From assembly GCF_001194135.2 (NCBI RefSeq), contig NC_069003.1, positions 28,469,126 to 28,533,125 on the forward strand: a stretch of 64,000 nucleotides of DNA, read 5' to 3'. The DNA comes from Octopus bimaculoides. Taxonomy: Eukaryota. Of this stretch, positions 25,437 through 37,942 are shown in pieces (position 1 is the stretch's first letter; each line of letters starts with the position of its first letter). The translations under genes were made by a program, and so were the position numbers. The notes under the pieces are model-generated. The model had not been told where the DNA came from. It saw only the letters and a list, made by a program, of their open reading frames with translations, and searched no databases.

Positions 25437-26945
25437 AAAGATGTTCGGGCTAAATTTGAAAAGGAAAGAAAATACAATAGCCTACCCAACAATAGAAGTA
25501 TTTAAAAATCAAAAAGTATCAGCTTAATTTTTATGGTTTGGTGATAACAGTTTACTCAATTTATTCACTTCCAGCTTCCATTGTGGCTTTGGAACCCGGC
25601 ACATACGTTCCTCCCTGTGCCACCGGGAAGATCTTTGCACATTTCCTTGATCATGACTACCTGCTTGGTCTTTGTATTGCAGGCACAGAGGCTGGCGCTT
25701 TTCACAACTGCGCCTCTGATAACTTCTGACTCTTTCTGGAAGTATGGCAAGGAACTGAATCCTGCTCCTACACATATGGTCTTTCAGCAGTAATCGTCTC
25801 CAGCCAGGGTTTGAGTACAGTCTTCAGCAGCTTCACATAGCCGTCTGAATTGAGCCTAAGGCCCTGTACAAAGATGTAGCGTGGCTTGATACCAACCCTC
25901 ACTGGAGACACCCAAGGACCATCACAGTTTGGGGGAACTTAGTTTTCATGATATATGGGTAATAAGGTCGGTAGGCAAGCTACCTGCAGTTCTGGAGATT
26001 GTGCAACTGGTCCTGGCACAAGTTTTTTTCATCTGAGCAGAACCAGATGATCCCTAGCTCAACAGGATATCTCAATTTTTTTCAAGAGCTTCTTTGATTT
26101 CGTCAAGCGGTTCTGCTTGGCCTTGGCTCTCAGAATTTGTCCCTTGCACATCCTATACAAGTGGTAGCGAAAGTTCTCATTCGGGGTCAGCTTCATGGTG
26201 GAAACTCCAGCATTCAACTCTCCCCAAAGCCCAGATTCCTTTGCTCGGATTTTCTATCACTCTGTTTTCTGATGAGTTAGGCCCAACTCATCGTAAAGCA
26301 AATACTACCATGAATGATATCCAGACAACAGTCGGAAAAAGCAAGCCACTGGATTTGGTTAAAAGGCGACGATGAGCAATGGCTAGAAGAATATTGAGCA
26401 AAAACTGATAACCGGTTGGTCAAACAATTGGGGCCTCATTTAAAAGGGTGGTCCGCTGCACAATGATACCGTCGAGAGGTGGGTCCTGAAACGGCGCACA
26501 TTCTCTCCTGATGACCTCATGAACTTGCTAGCATCTGGTATTCAGAGCTTTCAACTGGTAGTACTTGCATCTGAAGGTTGTTTGCAAAAAATCCGGCGTG
26601 CGGGTGCAGTCAGAACCACTGCTTTGTCCTTTCTTGTTGACCACGGCTTCGCTATCTCCGTTGCAGTTGTCCATGTCATGTCTTACAGTCTTACAACCTT
26701 CACCCTGTTTACGGAGTATTGAGTAGTAGTCATGATTCCAACATTTTGATACCCGGCACGAATCATCACGATTTTGGTAAACTTTTCCAGTATTCAGATG
26801 GCTTCTAGTCCTCCATGTCAGTTAACTTTTTCTGAAATATACCATTAATCTTTATGTTCATCAACGCTTTTGGCTGTTCAACAATACATCAATCTGCTCC
26901 TGAAAAAGGAGATAAAGAATCGTCAAATTTAGCCCGAACAGCCTG
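25437..26945 (-). mobile_element. Decayed Tc1/mariner-superfamily transposon, DD37D (maT)-like, with terminal inverted repeats
   Basis: Perfect 18-bp IR tgttcgggctaaatttga (25442-25459 and 26923-26940). Frameshifted transposase from ATG at 26816 to about 25553: SDEK..., MKTKFPQTVMVLG, GLRLNSDGYVKLLKTVLKPW, QQDSVPCHTSRKSQK, CNTK...IKEMCKDLP. Family assignment is from these motifs; the third catalytic Asp region is not clearly retained. Confidence 0.8.
26261..26558. other. About 300-bp foreign insert inside the maT-like transposase
   Basis: Transposase reading breaks after LQMQVL (26559) and resumes at VIENPSKGIWAL (26260); the intervening sequence does not match the transposase. Confidence 0.55.
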
Positions 26946-27182
26946 CATCTGAGTAGGTAAGTAAAATAGACGTTATAACAATCAACATACGTATGTGGAA
27001 TTGTAATGTAGACGCATATCTTCCTTGATGAAACTTCCAATGAAGTGTAGCTATTATTTATAGCCTTATGCCCTTCGAGTTACACACAATGGAAAGCGAT
27101 TTCTTTCACAACTTCCATGTCATTTTCTCCCTGTCTCTCTCTTTGTGTACACATACGTGCATACACAGACTCACGCATATAT

Positions 27183-27197
27183 ATGTGTGTATATATG

Positions 27198-27281
<84 letters not shown>

Positions 27282-27300
27282 TAGATAGATAGATAGATAG
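27183..27300. repeat. (TA)n and (GATA)n microsatellite
   Basis: Seen directly; one representative of dozens of (TA)n, (CA)n, (GA)n and (CATA)n tracts. Confidence 0.95.
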
Positions 27301-28097
27301 ATACACACACATATACAGGCACACACGCGTGCGCGCTTATGGCTGCCTGCATATATATGTGCATAAGTGCGTGTATGTTGTATGTATGTATGTATAAGTT
27401 GGTATGAAACTACACCCCGTGGAATGTAGTGTATAATTTGACAGACTTATAAAACTGTGTGCTGGTTATTTCTTGTGGAAGAATGAATAATATTTGGTGA
27501 TTCTGTACTTTTAGACGTCAGTTTCTCGTGGTGTAGGATTTCTCTCGATCTGGAAGCTTAATGCTATTTTCTTCTTTTGGAGTACTTTTAAAATTGATAA
27601 CCTAAATATATTGAATCAATTTATTTGACACACTCTTTCCCTCTTCTCTCTATCTCCCTCTCTCTTGCTCTCTTTCTCTCTTTCTCTCTCAGTCTCTCTT
27701 CTGTTTCTCCTTTATGCTTTAACCTTTTCTTCTATTCCCTCTTTTACACTCATATCCCCCCTTTCCACTCCTTTTTTTAGTTCTCCCTTCGACCTATATT
27801 TTGTTCCTCTTCCTCCCTCTTTTTTTCACAATTCTCCCTTCTCTGATTATTATGTCACCCCTCTCTTTCTCTCTCTTATAAAGGATTTATTCCCAATTCT
27901 TTTGCTGGGGCTGTTCATTTGAGCCTGGCCAGTTCATAGTAAGAACTATGATCAAAGCCGTATAGCGCAAGGAATGATGGGCGATCAAAGCTAACCAGGC
28001 GTGCCCCCCCCCCGTCTATTAATGAGCCACCTGGCTTAGGGCTATCATTTGTAATATGCATGCATTGTGATGGGTTGCATTGTCAGGTCCCAATCTA

Positions 28098-28658
28098 CAG
28101 GGTGTCCCTAACAGTGTACTCACATTTTGACTCTCCATAACTTATTGAATTTTTCATTTCTCTTCAGATCAAGTTGACCTCAATGATGACTGAAGAATGG
28201 CTAAGCTTTGAAGACAGAACATTTATCATAAAGTGCTACTGGAAACCTGAAAACGCCACGAAAGTGCAAAAACAATTTAGAAGCCATTTCCACAAAAATT
28301 CAACACCGTAACGCGCTATTGTTCGCATCCGAGATAAGTTTGAATGAGACGGAAATGTGCACGATATTCATAAGCAGCATTCAGGAAAACCACGATTTTC
28401 AACCAGTCGCGCAAAGGAAAATAAACCATTGTTAGAAACCCTCCACCGATCCTCACAAAAATCTGTTCGACAAATGGCTTGTGAAACAGGAATCTCAAAC
28501 GTAAGCGCCCATCGCATTTTGAAGTGAAGCGGTGGTCGTTAGTTTGAACATTTGTAAACTTGCATTTATTCGTTTACGCATTTAATCTTGTTTCAAAGTT
28601 AATAAACAATGCCTTTATTGTTCATTAAAGTGCGAGTACATTTTTTGGGGAGACACTG
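28098..28658 (+). mobile_element. Internally deleted Tc1/mariner element (DUF4817-type HTH N-terminus) with imperfect TIRs and TA TSD
   Basis: TA|cagggtgtccctaacagtgtactcaca ... tgcgagtacattttttggggagacactg|TA. Frame 28183-28527 reads MMTEEWLSFEDRTFIIKCYWK...RIRDKFE*DGNVHDIHKQHSGKPR...LHRSSQKSVRQMACETGISNVSAHRILK with two stops. Confidence 0.85.
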
Positions 28659-28803
28659 TATTACAAGAAACTTGAAAATAAGTATCTCTCTTCTTTCCCC
28701 AGTTTTAGAGGACTTGAAGAAAACAGAAGCAATACAAATGCTGCTCTTCCTTCTCTGACTAAGCTATTACAAAATACGTAATTAATCCCAGATTTCACTA
28801 TAC

Positions 28804-28962
28804 CATATTTTTTTAAGTGTTTGAGGCAGAAGAATGTAGGGTCAACATAATACTGAATTGAATAAGCTGGAGAAGCGTCAGCAAACCATTCATAAGTTCC
28901 CAGTTCTACATTATATCCAGTTATATGAAGACATTCAAATTTCACCAATCTAATCCACCAAC
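28804..28962 (-). CDS. Candidate exon, unidentified protein (GWWIRLVKFECLHITGYNVELGTYEWFADASPAYSIQYYVDPTFFCLKHLKKY)
   Basis: Acceptor ttttttgttgtgtatttaacag|GT, donor G|gtatag, 159 nt, phase 1-1. Lies in the longest ORF-track entry (139 aa) that is not built on simple repeats or gaps. Confidence 0.4.
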
Positions 28963-29067
28963 CTGTTAAATACACAACAAAAAATTGGTAAAAATGTGAA
29001 TATATAATCTGAGTATAGAAGTTGAAGATTTCAAGTAGTTGTCTGTATTTATCTTCATCCATTAGAT

Positions 29068-29210
29068 CAGTGGTTCTCAACCGGCATCCATATGACTAAT
29101 GAGAGTCATATAATATTTTTGGGGGTTATACAGGCAAAATACTAAATTGGGGATCCACAGTTGTATATTAAGGGTCCATGAAACAATTTTGATTTAGATG
29201 TATTTATTGC
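29068..29210 (+). mobile_element. Possible hAT (Charlie-type) terminus
   Basis: Begins CAGTGGTTCTCAACC, preceded by cattagat (NTCTAGAN-like target). The matching right end was not found. Confidence 0.35.
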
Positions 29211-29454
29211 TAGAAATAGCTAAATTTCTTTAACATTTTACATAGTTCGATATGCTTTTTATTATGCGAGTCCCTAGGAGTCTCTACATGTTCCAAATCC
29301 TCCTGAAATTAAACCATATTATTTTGAAAATAATGTCGGACACGAGTGCTTAGAAGAAAATGACGGAATGTATATAAATGGAGCGATTCGTTCAGATATA
29401 AAATAAAACAAAAATGGTATTTAATTTTGTATTAGATCTCTTAAATATGTAGAA

Positions 29455-29570
29455 AGCATTTTGCTTCCCAACCACATGGTACCAGATTCAGTCCCAGTGT
29501 GTGTGTTACCTCCTGGTCAACCAAAGACTTCTGAGTGAATTTGATAGACGGTAGCTGAAACATTCCTGTC
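29455..29570 (+). mobile_element. SINE family A head, truncated
   Basis: ttgcttcccaaccacatggtaccagattcagtccc...caaccaaagacttctgagtgaatttgatagacgg, followed by (TA)n. Confidence 0.7.
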
Positions 29571-29577
29571 TTGTATG

Positions 29578-29648
<71 letters not shown>

Positions 29649-29704
29649 CCAGCGGGGTAGCATCATTCAAAAGTTAAAGCGATGCCAATATTGTTTTAGC
29701 TCTT

Positions 29705-29764
<60 letters not shown>

Positions 29765-31341
29765 GCATATGTATGTATATACATGTATACAAGCATATGT
29801 ATATCTGTATGTATGTATGTATGCTTATGTGTGTGTATATTTAGAAACATATCAACAGAACAAAATAAGTGGTTGAGTATTCCACAGGGACGTATAAACT
29901 GAAAATAATTTTCAGGCAGAATGAATATAATACGATATTATATAAGGTTGGTCTTTTGAATTACAGACGTAATCCAACTGACACGCTTCCATACAGTTTC
30001 CAACTTCTTAAATTGCCTTATAAGAAAGGGGCTCCCCCTGATGTTGTGTCGCACAGCAGAATCGAACCCAGATTCACATCATAACGAAATAAGCGTATAA
30101 ACCACCCACCGTTGCCTACACCATAACACGTGATTGACACATAGTATTTAGCACCAAAACGCGGAAGCATTAACAACGACGTAGACCGCATTAGGATTTG
30201 AACTCAGATAGATGAGATCAAATAGCAAAAAGTAGTTTTAAATGACAATTTACGAAAGAATAAAATAAAAAGGGAGAAAGAAAAAGTAATGCAACAAAGC
30301 CAAAAAAAAAAAAAAAAAANNNNNNNNNNNNNNNNNNNNNNNNNNNNNNNNNNNNNNNNNNNNNNNNNNNNNNNNNNNNNNNNNNNNNNNNNNNNNNNNN
30401 NNNNNNNNNNNNNNNNNNNNNNNNNNNNNNNNNNNNNNNNNNNNNNNNNNNNNNNNNNNNNNNNNNNNNNNNNNNNNNNNNNNNNNNNNNNNNNNNNNNN
30501 NNNNNNNNNNNNNNNNNNNNNNNNNNNNNNNNNNNNNNNNNNNNNNNNNNNNNNNNNNNNNNNNNNNNNNNNNNNNNNNNNNNNNNNNNNNNNNNNNNNN
30601 NNNNNNNNNNNNNNNNNNNNNNNNNNNNNNNNNNNNNNNNNNNNNNNNNNNNNNNNNNNNNNNNNNNNNNNNNNNNNNNNNNNNNNNNNNNNNNNNNNNN
30701 NNNNNNNNNNNNNNNNNNNNNNNNNNNNNNNNNNNNNNNNNNNNNNNNNNNNNNNNNNNNNNNNNNNNNNNNNNNNNNNNNNNNNNNNNNNNNNNNNNNN
30801 NNNNNNNNNNNNNNNNNNNNNNNNNNNNNNNNNNNNNNNNNNNNNNNNNNNNNNNNNNNNNNNNNNNNNNNNNNNNNNNNNNNNNNNNNNNNNNNNNNNN
30901 NNNNNNNNNNNNNNNNNNNNNNNNNNNNNNNNNNNNNNNNNNNNNNNNNNNNNNNNNNNNNNNNNNNNNNNNNNNNNNNNNNNNNNNNNNNNNNNNNNNN
31001 NNNNNNNNNNNNNNNNNNNNNNNNNNNNNNNNNNNNNNNNNNNNNNNNNNNNNNNNNNNNNNNNNNNNNNNNNNNNNNNNNNNNNNNNNNNNNNNNNNNN
31101 NNNNNNNNNNNNNNNNNNNNNNNNNNNNNNNNNNNNNNNNNNNNNNNNNNNNNNNNNNNNNNNNNNNNNNNNNNNNNNNNNNNNNNNNNNNNNNNNNTAT
31201 ATATATATATATACGTAAACACACATGTAGAGGTATGTAATTATATATAAATATATATGCGTATTTACAAGCATATACATAAGTGTGTTTAATCTTATAC
31301 GCATACACACACATATACATATATATAGATACGTATGCATG

Positions 31342-31394
<53 letters not shown>

Positions 31395-31761
31395 CACATA
31401 CACATTGAAATTTACTTACGTTAGTACTCTTCGGTGAACGAGTTTTCAGTTTATGCCACATTTTGTGATATAAGTTCATTTATACAATAGCATTTGTATA
31501 AATTTTCGCATGTTACTATAATATAAATTTTATATAATATCATGGTACAACTTTTCACAGGTTACCATAATCTGTGTTACAACCCACATCCGTTAAATTC
31601 TCTAATTTGAGTTCGAAATACAGATTACTAAAAAACCGCTTTGCGTTTGCAATGTAGAAACCGAGGCGGATGCTTGATATGCACTAATTACCAAGGAAAT
31701 TTCTATCTCAAATCGGTTAATAGTTCTCTACTGCTTTAGAACGCGTAAGTGAATGAGCTTG

Positions 31762-31816
<55 letters not shown>

Positions 31817-31864
31817 NNNNNNNNNNNNNNNNNNNNNNNNNNNNNNNNNNNNNNNNNNNNNNNN

Positions 31865-31902
<38 letters not shown>

Positions 31903-33329
31903 TATACATACTTACATATATATATATATATACATACATACATGCATGCATATATGTAAATAGATATGCACACATTTATATATGCACCTATGCATATAAA
32001 TATACATGTATATGTTATATAATAACTGGCATGCGGTTACCGGACACCTCCCACTGATGATTTCCAATAGAATGAAATAGCGTGATATGGACGTTCGAGC
32101 GCCCATGAAAGACGAATCTCCCCTGCTACAGTCTATACGTGTGATTTTATGCACCAAACACCTATATCAGAGAATCTCTCGGGGATAATAGTGCAGTATC
32201 GCGTGTTCTAACATTACATCCATGTTTAACTTCGATGTAAAGATTGCCTTTTGGTAGTAATACTGTTTGGTAGCAATACTGCTTCCGGCTCCAATGCCAA
32301 GCAGTACAGCATGCCGTTTCCAAAGTTCTGGCAAAGTGAATTGCGTCATGGTGCTGTTTTTTTCTCAGACAGTGCCCAACTGCCCTTTCTATACTGTGTA
32401 GTCAGCAAAATCAAAAACAAGCAATACACATGCGCGAAATCAAAAATATAAAATGGCAACAACTTACCTATTGCACCCTCTGTGTGTGTGTGTGTATATA
32501 CATACATAAATACATACATGCACACACGCGCATATATATATATATATANNNNNNNNNNNNNNNNNNNNNNNNNNNNNNNNNNNNNNNNNNNNNNNNNNNN
32601 NNNNNNNNNNNNNNNNNNNNNNNNNNNNNNNNNNNNNNNNNNNNNNNNNNNNNNNNNNNNNNNNNNNNNNNNNNNNNNNNNNNNNNNNNNNNNNNNNNNN
32701 NNNNNNNNNNNNNNNNNNNNNNNNNNNNNNNNNNNNNNNNNNNNNNNNNNNNNNNNNNNNNNNNNNNNNNNNNNNNNNNNNNNNNNNNNNNNNNNNNNNN
32801 NNNNNNNNNNNNNNNNNNNNNNNNNNNNNNNNNNNNNNNNNNNNNNNNNNNNNNNNNNNNNNNNNNNNNNNNNNNNNNNNNNNNNNNNNNNNNNNNNNNN
32901 NNNNNNNNNNNNNNNNNNNNNNNNNNNNNNNNNNNNNNNNNNNNNNNNNNNNNNNNNNNNNNNNNNNNNNNNNNNNNNNNNNNNNNNNNNNNNNNNNNNN
33001 NNNNNNNNNNNNNNNNNNNNNNNNNNNNNNNNNNNNNNNNNNNNNNNNNNNNNNNNNNNNNNNNNNNNNNNNNNNNNNNNNNNNNNNNNNNNNNNNNNNN
33101 NNNNNNNNNNNNNNNNNNNNNNNNNNNNNNNNNNNNNNNNNNNNNNNNNNNNNNNNNNNNNNNNNNNNNNNNNNNNNNNNNNNNNNNNNNNNNNNNNNNN
33201 NNNNNNNNNNNNNNNNNNNNNNNNNNNNNNNNATATATATATATATAATACACATATATGTTTGTGTGTGTGCGTGTGCGTGCGAGTGAGAAAGATAGAG
33301 AGAGAGAGTGTGTGTTAATAACCCCTATA

Positions 33330-33500
33330 AGGAGGTGCTTTTTCCAAGTGGATAGAGCCTTGGCCAGGAGGAACCAATGTAATCAGACGGCAGCCAACGT
33401 TCATCGGGTGTTTCGAGCCACAGGCAATGACCGTTGGATACCATCTGATGACATGAGACCAAAGTTCCTTTCACTTTGGTGAATGGAAAATGCACCTCCT
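33330..33500. mobile_element. 171-bp MITE with 17-bp TIRs and TA flanks
   Basis: TA|AGGAGGTGCTTTTTCCA ... TGGAAAATGCACCTCCT|TA, one mismatch between the arms. Confidence 0.7.
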
Positions 33501-33844
33501 TATTGTTATTATTAACACATGTACTGTATATGCATAATACCGTTTTGGTGGGGTTGTGTACATGTCTTTATGTATGCATGCATATTTCCATGTCTCTGTG
33601 TATAGATGTTTTTATGAATGCACGCATGCACTACAGTGCACAAGGATTTTAGATCATGTTTTGCAAGTCTCTGGCAATAAAGCTTACAGTCTATGATACT
33701 AGTTTTTTCTAATTGCTGCTATAACTATAATGTTTCTCTCCCATTTCAATTCTGGTGACTTATCTTAATTTCGAGCGTTCCATGTTGACTTGATTGTTAC
33801 AACCTGTTCGAAAGACACAGTAAGCAAAATGTATGTGTATACTC

Positions 33845-33985
33845 AACAACAATAACTACCACAACCACAATCACCATCACCACCATCACCACCATCACAA
33901 CAACAACAACAACAACAATGGTGATGACAACAACAGCAATGACGTTGACAACAACAACACTGATGATGACAACAGCAACAGCATA
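33845..33985. repeat. Imperfect (CAA)/(CAC)/(CAT)/(GAT) trinucleotide tract
   Basis: Seen directly. Confidence 0.9.
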
Positions 33986-34208
33986 AATAAACATCCAGCA
34001 ACCAGGGAAGGGATTATTTTCTTTCTTTTATGTTAACAACTTAAAATAACAAATATCCTTCTCCAAAATGTATTTTTTATACAATTGAAATACATATATA
34101 CAACTATAATCCCCCCCCCACACACACTAATTCGTAGATGACATAAATGCATGTACGCATATAGAAATGTATTTGTGTATATATACATACATGTACACAC
34201 AAACATAT

Positions 34209-34257
<49 letters not shown>

Positions 34258-34387
34258 TGTATGAAGTATATATGCATACATATATACAAACACACACACA
34301 CACACACACATATATANNNNNNNNNNNNNNNNNNNNNNNNNNNNNNNNNNNNNNNNNNNNNNNNNNNNNNNNNNNNNNNNNNNNNNN

Positions 34388-34440
<53 letters not shown>

Positions 34441-34471
34441 TGTATGAAGTATATATGCATACATATATACA

Positions 34472-34505
<34 letters not shown>

Positions 34506-35401
34506 TGAATTACATAGGCAAATGCACTTATATATATATGTGTGTGTGTGTGTTTGTAAATATATATATTTATATATATACATGTATTTATATATATATA
34601 TATGTATGTATATATGTATATATGTATATATGTATGTACGTATGTATGTAAGGCTGTAAGTATGCATCCATACACATACATACATTGAACCTTGTTAAAC
34701 TGTACTCCGTTAAACGGTTAAAAAGGACGAAATCTGAATTAAGAGAGTGATTGCTAATGTAGATTCCCGTCTCTGTTTTGGCACACGAGTATTTTTCGTA
34801 CTTTCTGCGTGTTCTGGGTGAGTGCTGTACACACTCAAAAAGATGGTTGATTCATGAGATTATGAATCTCTCTCTCAGTCATATAATAATAGCGCATAAC
34901 AATAACCTAGTTTTCTTATTCCCCATTATGAAATATATGTGCCACAACTTGTTTTATCATGATATGTACTGGGCGTATAGCGGGACAATGGGAAAGCAAC
35001 AAAGGTTAAGACGGAAGGCAAGCAGCATTTCACTTCCGTACTTCTTGCTTATTTACTTTTATCTCCCCTTCAATAAATATATTATGTTTTCCTTGTTTGT
35101 ACATCCTCTTCAATAAATAAACTTTTTTGACATTTTACATTTAAGAAATATACAGTTTGAAGAATTGCTCCAATAATTCTTTTAACTAGCCTCTTAATTC
35201 GCCTGCTCCTGTCTCTTCTCTTTTTCTATTCTTATTCGGCTTGTTATTTCGATTAGTCGTTTTCTTATTCGTTTTCACACTCTCCTCTAATAAATACTAT
35301 GCTTTGGAGGAGAAAAGTTGTATGAATAAATTCTTTGAAAATTTATTTACTGAAATGTATTTTCTTTATAAAAATTCTTCTGTTTTTTTTATTTTTCAGT
35401 A

Positions 35402-35476
35402 TCATGATGTAAACTGGTCTTGGTTTGTTTCCATGTCGATATAGACTTTCAGAAAGTCAGATTTTGACAGACTGAA
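35402..35476 (-). CDS. Candidate terminal exon (FSLSKSDFLKVYIDMETNQDQFTS*)
   Basis: Acceptor tctcttcctttgtgctag|TTC, phase 0, compatible with the upstream exon ending ATG|gtaacc. Confidence 0.35.
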   Translation of the reverse strand, partial: FSLSKSDFLKVYIDMETNQDQFTS

Positions 35477-35765
35477 CTAGCACAAAGGAAGAGATTAAAT
35501 GATGATTTAAATAACTATGTACGGCTCACCATTTCTCACATGAACAATAGTAATGATAATTATTTTATAGTGGCTGTCACTACCCTGGGGAAAGGGATAT
35601 TTTAAGCATGACGCCTCCATATATTTTCTTAAGTACCGTTTTTTTTAAATTTTTACATTGTATTGTACGAAGGTAGACCATATAGTCTTTTAATGAAAGT
35701 GGTAGTGTGGAGGTCATCACATCAGCAAATTTTAAAAGACATAATGCGCCAACTTTCAGGGTTAC

Positions 35766-35865
35766 CATTCCAGGAAATCTGGGTTCATCATGCAAATCTT
35801 TAGTCAATAGTTTCCACATTTCATTCCAATCGAAGAGAAATAGTAGGAAGATGTCTTCAATCGTT
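35766..35865 (-). CDS. Candidate internal exon (RTIEDIFLLFLFDWNEMWKLLTKDLHDEPRFPGM)
   Basis: Tandem acceptor cag/tag, 100 nt, phase 2 to 0, donor G|gtaacc. Confidence 0.4.
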
Positions 35866-36273
35866 CTACTGATAAGTTACTTAGCACAAAGAAACTACCT
35901 CACACTACATTCAGAGTGAATCCTTCAAATTTACGATACAACAAACATTCCTACACATTTCGTAGTCAAAACAGACACATCAATTTCGATTGCTATAAGT
36001 TATCTAAAATTTGAAATAGAGTAGTAACAACTTAAACTGAGCGATAATCTCTGCTTACACAAGCAACAAAAAATCCTTTTCAATAATCCTTGATCTTTGA
36101 AATCTTTGAAATATTTGACCTTAGAACATGGAAACACTTAATATTTCAAACCAATAATATAACCTAATAGGTATAGAATACTTTTTCAAACCACAAGTGC
36201 CTAATCTAATTCCTCTAAATTTTCTTTCTCTATAAGGGAGGTTCAACAACTGAGAAACTAAATAGCCCCTCAC

Positions 36274-36317
36274 CTACTGGATATAGATAACAGCTCTTTA
36301 AGTCCTCTATCATTTGG
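36274..36317 (-). CDS. Candidate internal exon (PNDRGLKELLSISS)
   Basis: Acceptor gtttgtattttag|CCA, donor AG|gtgagg, phase 0 to 2, joins in frame to 35865. Confidence 0.4.
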
Positions 36318-36411
36318 CTAAAATACAAACAAGCTAAGTAATTTTTAAAATGGGACACTTTTCAGTATACAGTTCGTAAATTCGAAGTAGGAAGGTGTTG
36401 TATTGATATAC

Positions 36412-36462
36412 TAGCTCTTCAAACTGTGCCTGATTGGTAATTGTAAGAAAAAGTCCGCTAAT
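36412..36462 (-). CDS. Weaker candidate exon (ISGLFLTITNQAQFEEL)
   Basis: aaatag|ATT...CTA|gtatat, phase 0-0, 94-nt intron to the next candidate exon. Both splice sites are weak. Confidence 0.2.
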
Positions 36463-36639
36463 CTATTTTAATGAACCATAATTCTAAATTTCTGTTGCTC
36501 TTATAATTTAAGCTAACCCCAATAATACATAATTTTCAAGCCATTCCCTTTTATCGTGTGAGAGTGAATATGTTTTACTTTAATTGTGTGTATACGAACA
36601 TCTACTTTATAATATCTCCTGTGTTACAAATTTTATTCA

Positions 36640-36960
36640 TAGATTAACTCGTCTTCCCTTAGTTTATACGACTTATGTCCACTCCTTCTGACATCTTAAA
36701 TGAATTTTCCTCCCAAATTTCTACATTGATTTTGATTAGTCATATACTTATCATTACCATCTCCGACAAAATATGAATATTTTATTCTTGCTCCACCCCA
36801 AGTAATCTCATCAAATTGTTTATCTTGTACCAAACGCACCTAAACTCAGGCATCGTCCATTTATATCAAAAATTCCTCTTTTGCACTCATTCATTCTGTC
36901 CCTCACCACCTCTTAGTTTATGTTGTATATTTTTCCACTTCTCATAACCCTCTGAAAATT
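36640..36960 (-). mobile_element. Possible decayed L1/Tx1-like ORF2 C-terminus
   Basis: Purine-rich minus strand with frameshifted pieces KRGIFDINGRC, CVWYKINNLMRLLG and NVEIWEENSF resembling the zinc-finger/VW/IW region. Pattern recognition only. Confidence 0.2.
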
Positions 36961-37437
36961 AACCTATATTCATCATTTGGGAAACTGTCATATATCCATA
37001 CAATAAACAATCTAATGTAAATTTAGATAGTTAACGTAAAATACGCTGTAGTCATATTTTCTTCCTACTTACATTGATTTGATACGAAATATCAACAATG
37101 TTTCTGCGATATTACATTAATAACAGCTAAAAAGGCTTATGGGAACAATTCTATTATATTTTATGAAGTAGATCCTATTACATTTTTCATTTACAACTAA
37201 ATTTTTTCCAAGGCCACCACTAAATCATAAGACAAAGCAGAAATAATATATGTTAGATCTGCATACATTTCTTATTCGAACTCTTACTCCAAATGACTTT
37301 AGAGCATTATCTCCACTTCCGAACATAGAAATTCTCCATAGACGGTATTGGTTACAACGTAATTTACATAATAATGTAACACTTTGTTAACCTAAAAATA
37401 TAATTCCTATTAATCTTTTTTTCATTCTGATATTTAT

Positions 37438-37652
37438 TATGGTTTCAAATTTTGGCACAATGCAAGTAACTTCTGGAGAAGTGATAAGTCGATTACATTG
37501 GTTTCACTACTCAATTAGTATTTATTTTATTGACCCCGAAAGGATGAAAGGCATAGTTAACCTCAGCGTCTTTGTTCAGAATGTAAAGACGGACGAAAAT
37601 GCTGCTAATCATTTTGCCCCGCGTGCTAACGATTCTACCAACTCACGGCATT
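37438..37652 (-). mobile_element. SINE family B
   Basis: Reverse complement of the family-B head and body (gaccccgaaaggatgaaaggc...cgtgctaacgattctaccaactc). Confidence 0.8.
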
Positions 37653-37891
37653 TATTCTGATATTTCTAACGTATACCTCTTTTGATTCCACTTTTCGATT
37701 TTCCGCTTTGATAAAAGAAAAAAAAAACCCGCCGAAAATATCCAGTGTTTGATCAATATCATGTTAAATTCGAAATTTCTTGAGCCCCACTCAAAACTCC
37801 AGGCCTTGTGCCTATAATACAAATGGTTAAATTACTAGGACGGCTTTTCACGATGTAACTAATATACATACAGTATATATATATAACGATG

Positions 37892-37942
<51 letters not shown>

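Noticed and set aside
26268-26292. CTGATGA followed by a hairpin, a possible hammerhead
   Set aside because: No GAAA or stem III after the stem. Other CTGANGA hits (near 788, 33446, 51456) fail the same test.
33339-33500. SH3-like peptide (…WLETPDERWLPSDYI…) on the minus strand
   Set aside because: It lies entirely within the TIR-bounded MITE and has no splice signals.
36695-36952. Additional upstream exons (GYEKWKNIQHKLRG; VRLVQDKQFDEITWGG...)
   Set aside because: Phases do not join cleanly, and the implied introns are only about 63-67 nt and purine-rich. A decayed retroelement explains the region at least as well.
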